From: a virus
Lineage: Duplodnaviria; Caudoviricetes
DNA: 64,000 nt
Virus record (IMG/VR): IMGVR_UViG_3300010163_000016
Coordinates: 19,772-83,771 of that record
Reading direction: 5' to 3' (one strand)
Part shown: piece after piece, positions 37,923-47,768 of the stretch
Layout of the letters: the number at the start of each line of letters is the position of its first letter
Numbering within the stretch: position 1 is the stretch's first letter
The notes under the pieces: model-generated
Told to the model about the DNA's origin: nothing
Seen by the model: only the letters and a program-made list of their open reading frames with translations
Database searches by the model: none
Position numbers and translations under genes: made by a program

Positions 37923-40900
37923 ACACTAAAAACAGAACTCATCGGAGCAAACGTAGTATTAGGCAGCGTCCACAATATTCAAACTGCTGTGCAGTGGCTG
38001 ACACAATATGACGACGCGATTTTGAAGGTCATTCTGAGTAAAACGACACTCAGCAAAGCAGATCAAAAGGCGGCGCTGGATGCCATCGCCAGGGCCAAGG
38101 CAGACCGTCTGGTTTTGGAAGTCAGCAAAGAACAGATCTTCACAGATGCTGTCGCCGCCGACGCTGACCGCAAAAAAATTGCCGCCGGGTTAAATGCAAT
38201 CTTTGTTGAAAAGCAGGAAGCAGCCGGTATTAAGGCATGTACCCAAGCAGAGCTGGAGCACATGCTGGTCTCCAATGGCGTGAACACAGTCAAGGCGAAA
38301 GAGATCGCCGCCAGGTATGCCAACGGCGAGGCGGCAACGAGAGAGGGGCTCTCCATCAAAGGCGCGGGAGATCTGGCAAAAGCTGCCGCGGCGCGGGTTG
38401 GAAAGCTGGTAACAGCGGCCGGCAGCCTCCCGGCTCTGGCGGCCGCTATCGGTGTCGGCTTCATGGCTGCAAACGCGGTACACGAGGGGTATCAAAAGAG
38501 ACTTGACGCCTCCAAGGAGAAAAATGAAGCCCTGATTTCCGAAGTGTCCAATCTGGAGCAGGAGCTGAGGAATGTCCGGGACAGGATCGCAGAGATCAAT
38601 TCTTTGGATACTCCCACGCTTGCAGATATGGAGGAGCTGAAAAACCTCAAGGAGACGAATCGTGAGCTTCAACTGGAGCTGGATACCAAGCGCGAGCTCC
38701 AGCGTCTTGCGGCGGCTGAGGCGGAGGATAACGCCGCAGCATGGCTCAGAGGAAATCCGTTCCGCATATCGGAAACAACAACCAATCCGTATTCCGGCGA
38801 GGCCAGAGTACAGGTCAAGGAAATCAACTGGAATGAATACGGCGATATTCAGCTCCAGAAATACCACGAGCTCCAGGCACAGCTAAAGTCCGCCCGCGAA
38901 GAGGCCGCCGTCCTTGCCGCTTCTCACCCAGGGCAGGCCGCCCTTGAGGAGGCGCAGGCTAACATTGCCTCCCTGGAGGCGTCTGTCGCCGCGCAGAAAA
39001 AGAGCGTCATAGGCTTCTATACAACGATGAAGGAGAACATCGTTGACGCAATCGGGGATTCCGCCGATACGGAGTGGGGCAAAGAATTCCTGGCCATGTG
39101 GGAGAAGTTCCTGGCGGAATATGAGAAAGTCATTAACGGCCTCAGTCTGGAAAACATCGACCTCAGCGAACATACAGGCGCTATTGCCGCACTGACAAAC
39201 GCCTTGAACGGCGGCGGCAATACAGACTGGGAGGGCCTTTACAGGGGCAACTCTGCCGTGAGAGAGCTTATCGATCTGCTCGTTGAGCTTGGCATCATTG
39301 ACGGTCCCACAACGGACGGCATCCGGTCAATCGCAGAAGCCCTGGATCATATGGGTACAGCCGCCGGCAATGCTCACGATGCGCTTTTGCCAACTCTGGA
39401 AAGCTTCTCCGCGATCTATGACCGTGTTACAGCAAAGACGGATCTCCTCACCAACGCGCAGAACAAGCTGAGCAGCCAGCAGGCTCTGACCAATGAGGAA
39501 ATCGTAAAGCTTCTTGATGCGTATCCCAGCCTGATCAGCTGTTATGATGCGGAGACTGGCAAACTGAAAGTCACTGTGGCCGTCCTGCAGGATAAGATCG
39601 ACGCTGTGATCGCCGGTGAAAAGGCATCCCTGGAGGCCTCCAGGAAAACCGTTGAGGGCTACCTTGCGGAGGCGAAAGCCGCATATGCCGCCGCGGAAGC
39701 AACTGTCGCCCTGGCCCGTGCCAAAGGCGCTTCTGCGGTGAAACAGGCGACGCAGGGGAACTCCGCCTCCAGCGGGCGCGCGCTGTATCAATCGGCGCAA
39801 TCGTATTTCAGGGAATATGAGAAAGTCCTGGTGAAGGACCGGCAATTATATGCGGAATACCGGAATTTTATGGATTCTGCGGAGAAGCATCAGAACAGCG
39901 CGAACTTCCTGATGGACGACCTGAATACCTTCCGGCTGCTGCAGAGCAAGATCGAAAGCTCTATCAAAAATACCGCTACGGACCGCTTTGACCAGGCGGC
40001 TTCAAACTATGAGTCCATGCTGGATACGATCGAAGCCCAGATGGCTCTGCTCGATCGGCTTGGGAAATCCGAATTCGGCTCCTCCCTCCCTTCTTCCGCA
40101 TCCTCTGCGGCCTCTTCTGTTAAGGACGCTTTTGAGGAGCTGAAGGATCAGCTGAACGACTGGTTTAGCGACATGGAATTCAAGGTGTCCCTGCGTGTGG
40201 ACGCAGGCGACATCGAGGGAACCATTAAGCTGTACCAGCAGATGATCGACAAGGCCCAGAAAGCTCTGGACGCCGCCTATTCTGCGGGCAGAACGGTGGA
40301 TGACGACTGGGTGCAGGAGCTCATCGGCAAAATCAGCGAATATAAGAAGGCTTTAGCCGATCTGCGTCTGGAGGAGTATGACAAACTCGTCGAATACAAC
40401 GACGATTTCGACGTTTGGAACAAGGTGAGCTATCAGAAGCTGGATGTGCTGGCCGGTAAGCTGGAGAAGATCAACGATCTGTACCTCCAGGGCTACCTCT
40501 CTTATAAGGACTGGTACGACTATTACACCAGCACGGCCAAACAGATCTACGACCTCCAGCGGGACGCCCTGGATGAACTTCTGGATACCACCATGGACGC
40601 CATCAAAAGTCAGAACGACGCCCAGGTGGAGGCCCTGGAAAAGCAGTCGGACGTCTGTCAGAAGCTGATCGACCAGAAGAAAAAGCTGCTGGAGGATACC
40701 AGGGACCAGTCGGCTTATGAGCGGGAGGTCGCCAAGCGGGTCAAGGAGATCGCAAAGCTCCAGGAGCGCATTACCCAGCTGGAGCTGGATGACAGCCGGG
40801 ACGCCGCCGCCGAACGCCACAAGCTGGAGAGCGAGCTGGCCGAGAAGCAGGAGGCGCTGGCCGACTATCAGGCGGAGTACGGAACAGACGCCGCCCTGGA

Positions 40901-41777
40901 GGCGCTGGACAAACAGGGCGAAGCCTTTGATTCCGCCATGCAGGACCGCATTGACGCTGTTAAAGCTGAGGTGGAGAGCGAGACAGAGCTTCGCCGCCGC
41001 GCCATTGCTCTCATTGACCAGGACTACCAAAAGATGATGCAGAATGTCAAGGGCTACTTTGAGCGTCTTGGCATCACAATCGACAGCGAGCTGCTGGATA
41101 AGCTGACCCAGGGCCTCAATCTGGTGTCCCAGTTCGGCAGCTACACTGGCGCTGAATCAGGAATCGGTGCAAGCGGAAGCTTCTCTCCCCAGCAGATCCC
41201 TACGCTGGTAGAACAGATGAAGCGCAACTCCCAGAGCTGGCATACCGCGAAGGCCGCAGGAGACAAGACGGAGATGCAGCGTTTGAATGATGAGAATGAG
41301 CGCATCGCGCAGATGCTCAAGACCATGTTCGGCCTGGATATCTGGAAAAATGCCGCCCAGGGCAAATGGTATATCCGGCTCAACGGCAAAGAGATGGCGC
41401 TTTTTGATGTATATCACCAGGGCGGCGTGGTCTCCGGTTATCCGACCAAGAACAACAAGGAGGTCATGTCCCTTCTGGAAAAGGGTGAGGTGGTACTGGA
41501 TGACCCGAAGCAGGAGCGGTTTATCTCCATCATAGAAAATGCCGGCAAATGGGCGCAGGCGCGCATGGCCTCCGTGTTCAGCCGGGCGGTCTCCTCTCTT
41601 CCCACGCCGGTCTTGGCCGGCACGGGCACGCTGGGCAGCTTCTCCCCCACCTTCCAATTTACCTTCCACCACAGCGGCCCCATGACGGAGGATGACGCCA
41701 GGCTCTGCGGCGAGATAGCCGCCGACACCGCCCTGGACAAGCTGTGGGCGACTTTACAGAAGCGGGGCATCGCGTAA
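37923..41777 (+). CDS. Tape measure protein, exon 2
   Basis: Long Ala-rich coiled-coil ORF with no RBS of its own; open from 37920; C-terminal 'YH.GG.V' TMP motif. Confidence 0.85.
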   Translation, partial: TLKTELIGANVVLGSVHNIQTAVQWLTQYDDAILKVILSKTTLSKADQKAALDAIARAKADRLVLEVSKEQIFTDAVAADADRKKIAAGLNAIFVEKQEAAGIKACTQAELEHMLVSNGVNTVKAKEIAARYANGEAATREGLSIKGAGDLAKAAAARVGKLVTAAGSLPALAAAIGVGFMAANAVHEGYQKRLDASKEKNEALISEVSNLEQELRNVRDRIAEINSLDTPTLADMEELKNLKETNRELQLELDTKRELQRLAAAEAEDNAAAWLRGNPFRISETTTNPYSGEARVQVKEINWNEYGDIQLQKYHELQAQLKSAREEAAVLAASHPGQAALEEAQANIASLEASVAAQKKSVIGFYTTMKENIVDAIGDSADTEWGKEFLAMWEKFLAEYEKVINGLSLENIDLSEHTGAIAALTNALNGGGNTDWEGLYRGNSAVRELIDLLVELGIIDGPTTDGIRSIAEALDHMGTAAGNAHDALLPTLESFSAIYDRVTAKTDLLTNAQNKLSSQQALTNEEIVKLLDAYPSLISCYDAETGKLKVTVAVLQDKIDAVIAGEKASLEASRKTVEGYLAEAKAAYAAAEATVALARAKGASAVKQATQGNSASSGRALYQSAQSYFREYEKVLVKDRQLYAEYRNFMDSAEKHQNSANFLMDDLNTFRLLQSKIESSIKNTATDRFDQAASNYESMLDTIEAQMALLDRLGKSEFGSSLPSSASSAASSVKDAFEELKDQLNDWFSDMEFKVSLRVDAGDIEGTIKLYQQMIDKAQKALDAAYSAGRTVDDDWVQELIGKISEYKKALADLRLEEYDKLVEYNDDFDVWNKVSYQKLDVLAGKLEKINDLYLQGYLSYKDWYDYYTSTAKQIYDLQRDALDELLDTTMDAIKSQNDAQVEALEKQSDVCQKLIDQKKKLLEDTRDQSAYEREVAKRVKEIAKLQERITQLELDDSRDAAAERHKLESELAEKQEALADYQAEYGTDAALEALDKQGEAFDSAMQDRIDAVKAEVESETELRRRAIALIDQDYQKMMQNVKGYFERLGITIDSELLDKLTQGLNLVSQFGSYTGAESGIGASGSFSPQQIPTLVEQMKRNSQSWHTAKAAGDKTEMQRLNDENERIAQMLKTMFGLDIWKNAAQGKWYIRLNGKEMALFDVYHQGGVVSGYPTKNNKEVMSLLEKGEVVLDDPKQERFISIIENAGKWAQARMASVFSRAVSSLPTPVLAGTGTLGSFSPTFQFTFHHSGPMTEDDARLCGEIAADTALDKLWATLQKRGIA

Positions 41778-41846
41778 ATTTCCGGGAGAGCCCAGGCGGG
41801 TGCATGGGCTCTCCTTCTGTACTCTGGACAAACAGTTGAGGTGTTT

Positions 41847-42179
41847 ATGCTAATCACAATACTTATTTCTGCCGTGGTGTCTTCTGTGGCTGCCATAATC
41901 GTCGTCAAGATGTGTTTCCGGAGCATTGACCGCTGTCATAGCAGCAGCATGGAACATGTCTGCCAAGCCGAGACGGAAGCTCCAACTGAACAGCCGCATC
42001 AGCGTATAGGTACTGTGTGCCGGAAATGTGACAATTACATTTTGGCGCTGAGAGAGCTTCGCAGGCAGTGCATCACGAAATTTGCCAAATATATTGCCGT
42101 GCTTGTATTCACAGGAACATTGGCTATAGCCTTCGATAGCTATATTCCCTGCCTGTTTTTGTTTCTGCTGCTCTTGTAA
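41847..42179 (+). CDS. Small two-TM membrane protein (overlaps the DUF2806-like gene convergently)
   Basis: GAGGTG RBS; hydrophobic termini. Confidence 0.4.
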   Translation: MLITILISAVVSSVAAIIVVKMCFRSIDRCHSSSMEHVCQAETEAPTEQPHQRIGTVCRKCDNYILALRELRRQCITKFAKYIAVLVFTGTLAIAFDSYIPCLFLFLLLL

Positions 42180-43080
42180 TAGAGATTTGTGGAGTTTCTG
42201 AGAAGGTTACACCATGTTTTTGTAAATACTCTTTCACTGTCTCCACATGCTGCAGGCAAAAGCGCCTCGGAATGAATCGTGCAATACAGTTTCCAGTGTC
42301 TGTAAGCCTTATAGAACCAATTGGGAATTTTTTGTCAGGATATGAGATAACAGACATAACCATCTGGTCACAAACAATGTGTATGTGTGGGACTTGCTCA
42401 TGGTTATATTTTAATAAATAGCCGCTGAATGAGTCAAACGTGATGAGACCCATCTGCTCCATATCTTCCAATACGGAAAAGTTGATCCCAAGCTGCTTTA
42501 GATATTCAGCGTTGAAATCCCCGGCAATAAAAAATTCTGTGCTACCAATCTGGATTTGTCTGCCATCATCAATCAAGACATCCATGCTCAATGAACACAG
42601 GTTGGAAAACTTGTCAGCATAGCTGCGCGGCATCTCCGCCAAAACGCGAATAATGCTTGGGGGTGTGCTGCCAGGCTCCTCAAATTCTTTTGCCAGTACG
42701 TTTCCCCATAGCAACTGGGTTTCCTCATCGGAGACAAAGCGTGCTGCATCCATGAACCTTGCCACAAAATCGTTGTCAACACACGAACGGTCAGAGAAGT
42801 CAGTCCCTTCCTGGGCACTGGAGTGTGCGATCTCTGCAACAGAGAGCTGATTAGTCAATTCCTTGCAATGCTTTTTAGCGTTTGCGATCAGCAGATATTT
42901 TTCATCCGGGGTATAATCTCCGTTTTCAATGGATTTGACATAAATATCGACAGCTCTTTTGCGCAGACCCCAAAATGGGAATGGCGCGCCCAATACGCTG
43001 GCGATTTTATCTACGCTTTCTCTTGCGGCTCCTTCTGTGGCGGCTTTCGCTACCTCTAGCATTGGATCTTCTATTGGCAT
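42124..43080 (-). CDS. DUF2806-like protein (antisense moron)
   Basis: 'VDNDFVARFMDAARFVSDEETQLLWGNVLAKE...PGS' pattern; AT-rich. Confidence 0.7.
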   Translation of the reverse strand: MPIEDPMLEVAKAATEGAARESVDKIASVLGAPFPFWGLRKRAVDIYVKSIENGDYTPDEKYLLIANAKKHCKELTNQLSVAEIAHSSAQEGTDFSDRSCVDNDFVARFMDAARFVSDEETQLLWGNVLAKEFEEPGSTPPSIIRVLAEMPRSYADKFSNLCSLSMDVLIDDGRQIQIGSTEFFIAGDFNAEYLKQLGINFSVLEDMEQMGLITFDSFSGYLLKYNHEQVPHIHIVCDQMVMSVISYPDKKFPIGSIRLTDTGNCIARFIPRRFCLQHVETVKEYLQKHGVTFSETPQISITRAAETKTGREYSYRRL

Positions 43081-43256
43081 TTTGTGTCCCCCCCAGCATG
43101 ACTATTTTTGCAACAACAATGTCCATAAGGCGGGCATTGCGTAAAACAAGAGATAGCTTGAGTACAATCATGATACTGACCCACGACACGGACTGCGGCA
43201 TGACCCTTCACGGCGGTTTTCACCGCACTTTGGACAGTTACACGAGCTTTCGCCAT
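43071..43256 (-). CDS. 61-aa Cys-rich peptide
   Basis: AGGAGGTGA RBS before ATG 43256; 7 Cys in the C-terminal half; stop overlaps the DUF2806-like start. Confidence 0.55.
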   Translation of the reverse strand: MAKARVTVQSAVKTAVKGHAAVRVVGQYHDCTQAISCFTQCPPYGHCCCKNSHAGGDTKCQ

Positions 43257-43400
43257 GTAAATCACCTCCTATGTGTAGACGACAGGCACCCCTGCACAGT
43301 GCGCTCCTGCCTCCTTCGGTTGGTACGTCGGGAGGGCAAGGGGTCGGGTGTTTGCTGTGCAGGCACATAGGATACGGGCATACCCAGACTGTTCTTTTTT

Positions 43401-43429
43401 ATACTATCATACCTTGCCGAAAAAGGCAA
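43401..43429 (-). promoter_or_regulatory. Sigma-A promoter of the peptide/DUF2806-like operon
   Basis: TTGCCT-17-TAGTAT with extended TG. Confidence 0.65.
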
Positions 43430-43457
43430 CATGGCACCGGAAAGGAGGTCATGCCAT

Positions 43458-46400
43458 CTGATCGTAGATTTCAGCAAATGGAGCGCCGGAGCGCGTCCTT
43501 CCCTGGTCCTGCGGACGCTGTCCGGCACAGCCATTCAGACGCTGGGCTGCGCCTACGGCGTGTCCGCCGAATTCCATTACAACGAGACCTCCACCCTGAC
43601 CTTTTCCTATCCTGCCCGGCTGGATGGCAGGAGAGTCCCCGGCTACGAAAAGCTGGTGGGGATGCGCGTCGTGGACGCTGTTGGTATCGGCCAGTTTCTG
43701 CTGGTGAACCCCGGCATCAAGGAGAGCGCCTCCAAGGAGGTCAAGACTGTGACTGCATACTCCCTGGAGTATGAATTCACCTTTAAAAAGCTGACGCTGG
43801 AGCAGGGCACCTATAACTTCTGGAATCCGGCGGCACAGCAGAATACCATCCTCGGCATCATCCTGGAGAAGATGCCCTCCTGGCATGTGGGCCATGTGGA
43901 CGGCACGCTCATCGGGAAATACCGCACCTATGAGGTGAATAACGAAAACCTCTACAATTTCATCAAGGGCACGCTCCAGGACAGCTACGGCTGCATCTTT
44001 GATTTCGACACCTATCAACGGGAGATCAATGTGCGGGACGTGTCCTCCTCCGCTGCTATCCAGCCGGTGTATGTGTCCCTGCACAACCTTGCCAAGGAGA
44101 TCGAGGTCAAGGAGGATACGGAGAATATCTTTACCTGTCTGGATGTCAACGGCGCGGACGGCGTCTCCATCCGTAACGTGAATCCCACCGGCACCAACAA
44201 GATCTATGATCTGGACTACTTCATGACGGAGGAAAACTTCCCCGCCTCCCTGATCGCCAAGTGGAACAGCTGGAAACAGGGGTATAGCGGATATCAGGCG
44301 GAGTATTTCAACCGCACAGTGGAAAACGCCCTGCTCCATGTGCAGCAGGAGACGGAGAAGGCCGCCCTCACCGGGCTGGAAAACCAACTGAAAACCCTGG
44401 AGACCCAGCAAGCGGTCATAGTGGATGCGGCCTCCCAGGGCGTCGCCGGGGATCTCCCCTCCTATGTGTCTCAGATCGCGGCCAAAGAGGGCGAGATCCG
44501 CCGCAAGAAGGAGACGCTTGCCGCGATTGACGCGCAGATGCAAGAGAGCCAGGCGGCGCTCCAAGCGATCAACAGGGAGGTATCCTGGTCCGCCTACGGC
44601 ATCACGGCGGAGGAGCAGAAACTCCTGGACCGCTACATCAAAGAGGACGCGCTGTCAGACAGCTCTTTTGTCTCGCCGGAGGTAGACAGCTATACCGTCC
44701 CCGGCGAGAGCTTTCCGAACGCCAATGTGTCCGTATCCATCACCGGCGCGCAGATCACCGGGGCCACCCTCTCCGGCGGCAAGATCGTCTACACGGCCTC
44801 CGGCGGAACCGCTGTCGTGACGGTCAATGGAGAAGCAAAGCTCGCCGGCGGCAATATCCGCAGCGCCTTTGACTGTCTCAGCGGCTCCGGCGTAGCCTCC
44901 ATCTATTTGGAGAAGGGGTGTGCTACGATCTCAGGCCCCATCGCCGTGACGACGGACGCCCATCGGGACCCGGAGATCGGAGGCGCCTACATAGAGGGGA
45001 CCACCGCCTCTATCTCCAGCGCCAATGCCGACGTATATATCACCACAAAACTCACAGCTTACTCCCAGCGGGCGGTGGAATGGGATCTGTACGACTATGG
45101 CCGAGAGGTTCTAAGGCGGCTGTCCTCCCCCGCCTACACCTTTTCTGTCAGCTCCGGTAATTTCCTCGCCATGGAGGACTTTGACGCATTCCGCAAAGCC
45201 CTGAAGCTGGGAGACAAGCTGTACCTGGATCTGGGAGAGGCCTTCGGCGTCCTCTCCCCTGTCCTGATTGGCGCAAAGCTGGATTTTGAAAATAAGGACC
45301 TGTCCCTGGAATTCGGGGACAGGTTTTCTTTGCGGGACAGCGCCTTCAAGCTGGCTGACCTGCTGGACCAGTCGGTGAGCATGGGCAAGAGCTATGATTT
45401 GGGCAAATACAATTCCCAAGCGTTTGCCAACGCAGGCGGCACCTCCGGCGTTCGGGAGCTGATCGACGGGATGCGGGACCTCTCGCTGCAGGGGCTCTAC
45501 TCCACCAGCGGGCAGGCATTTACCGTAGATGGCACCGGGCTTCGTCTGCGGGAGTGGACGGACGATACCCACACCGCCTATAAGGACCAGCAGATCTGGA
45601 TGACCAGCAATAAGATCCTGTTCACCCGGGATGGCTGGAACACCGTTGACGTCGCCATCGGCGCCTTTAAGGACGCCAAAGGCAATGAGATCAGCGGGAT
45701 CAACGCGGATATCCTCGCAGGCCGTCTGCTTGCGGGAGAAAACCTGGTAATCGAAAGCGTCAAAAAGGACGGCGGCGTGGCGGTCTTTCAGGTGGACGCG
45801 GAGGGTGCAAGGCTCTATAATTCCCAGTTCGACCTGGTAAATGAATACGTGGCGGACGGGGCCGCCAAGGTGGGACAGATCAGCCTCCACCCCTCCGTTG
45901 GCATGATCGCCGCCAGCTCCGGCAAGGCGAACAGCTTTTATGCTTACGACGGCAGCGGCAATATCGTCGGCATCAAGGCCACCGACGGCACTGCCCTGCC
46001 CAGCATCAGCGATATGGGGGCCAAGACGCCCGCCGTCAACTTCTGGGCCGACAACCAGGGGAATGTGTATATCAAGGGCACAGTTTACGCCACGGACGGC
46101 ATTTTCAGCGGGAAGCTGGAGGGCGCTACCGGGAAATTCAAGGGAACGGTCCAGGCCGCCGATTTTCTTGACAGCTCCGGAAGCAGTATGCTGACCAACG
46201 GGAAGTTCAAGTCCGGGTATCTGGATCTCTACGGCCTGACCGTACGCAATCAGTCTACCGGGGATATCTCCTTCCAGGTCGGCGAGGACGGCGCTGTGTC
46301 CATTAACGGCAATGTGTCCATGGGGGCGGGCAGCACCATCAATTGGGCGGGGGTCAGCAATCAGAATATTGAGAACAATCCCGCCTACACAATGGCCAGC

Positions 46401-46832
46401 AGTGCCGTCGCTGTGGCGAACGGGGCCAGTATGAACGCCCAAAGCGCGCTGGATAATCTCGCGTTGATTGCAAACGGCCAGTACATGGGCGGCACATTTA
46501 TCAATGGAACCAATATCTATGCACCAAACCTGTACGGCGACACCATTACTTTGATGGACGGATATAGCCACAGGGTCGGCGCGATCTCTCTGCGGCAGGG
46601 CGCCACCTACGCCATGGACATCAGCAGCGATTTGAGCTTGCGGATGAGCGCGGCGCAAAACGTGTACCTGACCAATAACCAGGCATGGCTGCAAATGAAG
46701 GATAGCAATTTGACCATCGGCGGAAATTTCGTCGTGAACGCCTATAACTACAACACCATGAGGGGTGTGTTTGGGTACACGCTGCCGTCAACCGGTGTGT
46801 ACGGCCAGGTGTTCTTCCTGCTGGGAGGCTGA
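43458..46832 (+). CDS. Large minor tail protein (Tal/endopeptidase-like N-terminus, coiled coil, beta-rich C-terminus)
   Basis: 'K.VTAYSLEYE','FDFDT..R.INV','N..NP.GT..IY.L.Y'; start uncertain (CTG 43458 follows AGGAGG; ATG 43431 has no RBS). Confidence 0.75.
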   Translation: MIVDFSKWSAGARPSLVLRTLSGTAIQTLGCAYGVSAEFHYNETSTLTFSYPARLDGRRVPGYEKLVGMRVVDAVGIGQFLLVNPGIKESASKEVKTVTAYSLEYEFTFKKLTLEQGTYNFWNPAAQQNTILGIILEKMPSWHVGHVDGTLIGKYRTYEVNNENLYNFIKGTLQDSYGCIFDFDTYQREINVRDVSSSAAIQPVYVSLHNLAKEIEVKEDTENIFTCLDVNGADGVSIRNVNPTGTNKIYDLDYFMTEENFPASLIAKWNSWKQGYSGYQAEYFNRTVENALLHVQQETEKAALTGLENQLKTLETQQAVIVDAASQGVAGDLPSYVSQIAAKEGEIRRKKETLAAIDAQMQESQAALQAINREVSWSAYGITAEEQKLLDRYIKEDALSDSSFVSPEVDSYTVPGESFPNANVSVSITGAQITGATLSGGKIVYTASGGTAVVTVNGEAKLAGGNIRSAFDCLSGSGVASIYLEKGCATISGPIAVTTDAHRDPEIGGAYIEGTTASISSANADVYITTKLTAYSQRAVEWDLYDYGREVLRRLSSPAYTFSVSSGNFLAMEDFDAFRKALKLGDKLYLDLGEAFGVLSPVLIGAKLDFENKDLSLEFGDRFSLRDSAFKLADLLDQSVSMGKSYDLGKYNSQAFANAGGTSGVRELIDGMRDLSLQGLYSTSGQAFTVDGTGLRLREWTDDTHTAYKDQQIWMTSNKILFTRDGWNTVDVAIGAFKDAKGNEISGINADILAGRLLAGENLVIESVKKDGGVAVFQVDAEGARLYNSQFDLVNEYVADGAAKVGQISLHPSVGMIAASSGKANSFYAYDGSGNIVGIKATDGTALPSISDMGAKTPAVNFWADNQGNVYIKGTVYATDGIFSGKLEGATGKFKGTVQAADFLDSSGSSMLTNGKFKSGYLDLYGLTVRNQSTGDISFQVGEDGAVSINGNVSMGAGSTINWAGVSNQNIENNPAYTMASSAVAVANGASMNAQSALDNLALIANGQYMGGTFINGTNIYAPNLYGDTITLMDGYSHRVGAISLRQGATYAMDISSDLSLRMSAAQNVYLTNNQAWLQMKDSNLTIGGNFVVNAYNYNTMRGVFGYTLPSTGVYGQVFFLLGG

Positions 46833-46833
46833 T

Positions 46834-47532
46834 ATGTCTTTCCGATTGAGAGTATATGCGCCCATAGACGGTGTAAGGCAGGTGCAGGCCGCGGCAATAT
46901 CCGGCGGTGTGTTTGCCTATGGAACTCCGCAAGGCGTCAGTACGGCCTGTATCGACGAGGACTATATCACCACGGGCGTCCGCATCAGCGCCACTCTGGA
47001 GGCAAATTATGCGGTAAGCCAATGGGTCGTCAACATTGACGGCGCTGTAAGATCGCAGACGGGGTCTGTCTGCACCGTCAGCTATGCCTCCTCTGCGTCC
47101 AACGTGCAGGTCAGGCTGGAGGTTGTATACAGCCCGCCCACAACCTACTATGCCACATTGAATTTTGACGCCGCCGGCGGATCCGGCGCCCCGGCAAGCA
47201 TTTCCAACACCAGCACCCGCGCGGACGGCTATGTACCATTCACGATCCCTTACGCCGCCCCCTATCGGGCAGGCTACACGTTTCTTGGGTGGTCAGCAAA
47301 TCAGGCCGGCTCCGGGAAGATATATCAGCCCGGTGCGAGCGATATCTGGTGGGGATCGACCTATCCCGGCGGAGCTGTCTACACCCTCTACGCCGTGTGG
47401 GCTGACGCGGGCGGCAGTGTGTATATCTTCACCGGAAGCGGCTGGCAGAAGGCCGTGCCTTATGTGTATAACGGCGGCTGGCAGAAGGCGGCTCCCCACA
47501 TCTTTACCGGAGGATGGACAAAGACAAAGTGA
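46834..47532 (+). CDS. Tail protein with InlB B-repeat (Listeria-Bacteroides repeat)
   Basis: 'LNFDAAGGSGAP...IP...P.R.GYTFLGWS'; C-terminal GWQKA repeats. Confidence 0.65.
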   Translation: MSFRLRVYAPIDGVRQVQAAAISGGVFAYGTPQGVSTACIDEDYITTGVRISATLEANYAVSQWVVNIDGAVRSQTGSVCTVSYASSASNVQVRLEVVYSPPTTYYATLNFDAAGGSGAPASISNTSTRADGYVPFTIPYAAPYRAGYTFLGWSANQAGSGKIYQPGASDIWWGSTYPGGAVYTLYAVWADAGGSVYIFTGSGWQKAVPYVYNGGWQKAAPHIFTGGWTKTK

Positions 47533-47564
47533 TCCATCCTCCATCCAACAAAGGAGGCATTGAC

Positions 47565-47756
47565 ATGAATTATCAGGACTGGCAGCAGAACCTCCAAACT
47601 GTGCGGGCCCTGCTGGGGGCGATCCCCGTGGCGGGAGAGCGGCATGTGGGAATTATGGGCCAGATATTCTATCTTCTCAGCCAGATGGAGGACGAGTGCG
47701 CCGCCTGCCTCCAGCAGAAGGCCAAGGAGGACCAGGCGGCTGGTACGCCGCAGTAA
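47565..47756 (+). CDS. Small hypothetical protein
   Basis: AAAGGAGG RBS. Confidence 0.6.
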   Translation: MNYQDWQQNLQTVRALLGAIPVAGERHVGIMGQIFYLLSQMEDECAACLQQKAKEDQAAGTPQ

Positions 47757-47768
47757 GGAGGCTGTCAC

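Noticed and set aside
33646-41777. TMP as a pseudogene or as two independent genes
   Set aside because: The second part has no RBS, and a full group I core with matching P1, P9.0 and omega-G gives an in-frame join.
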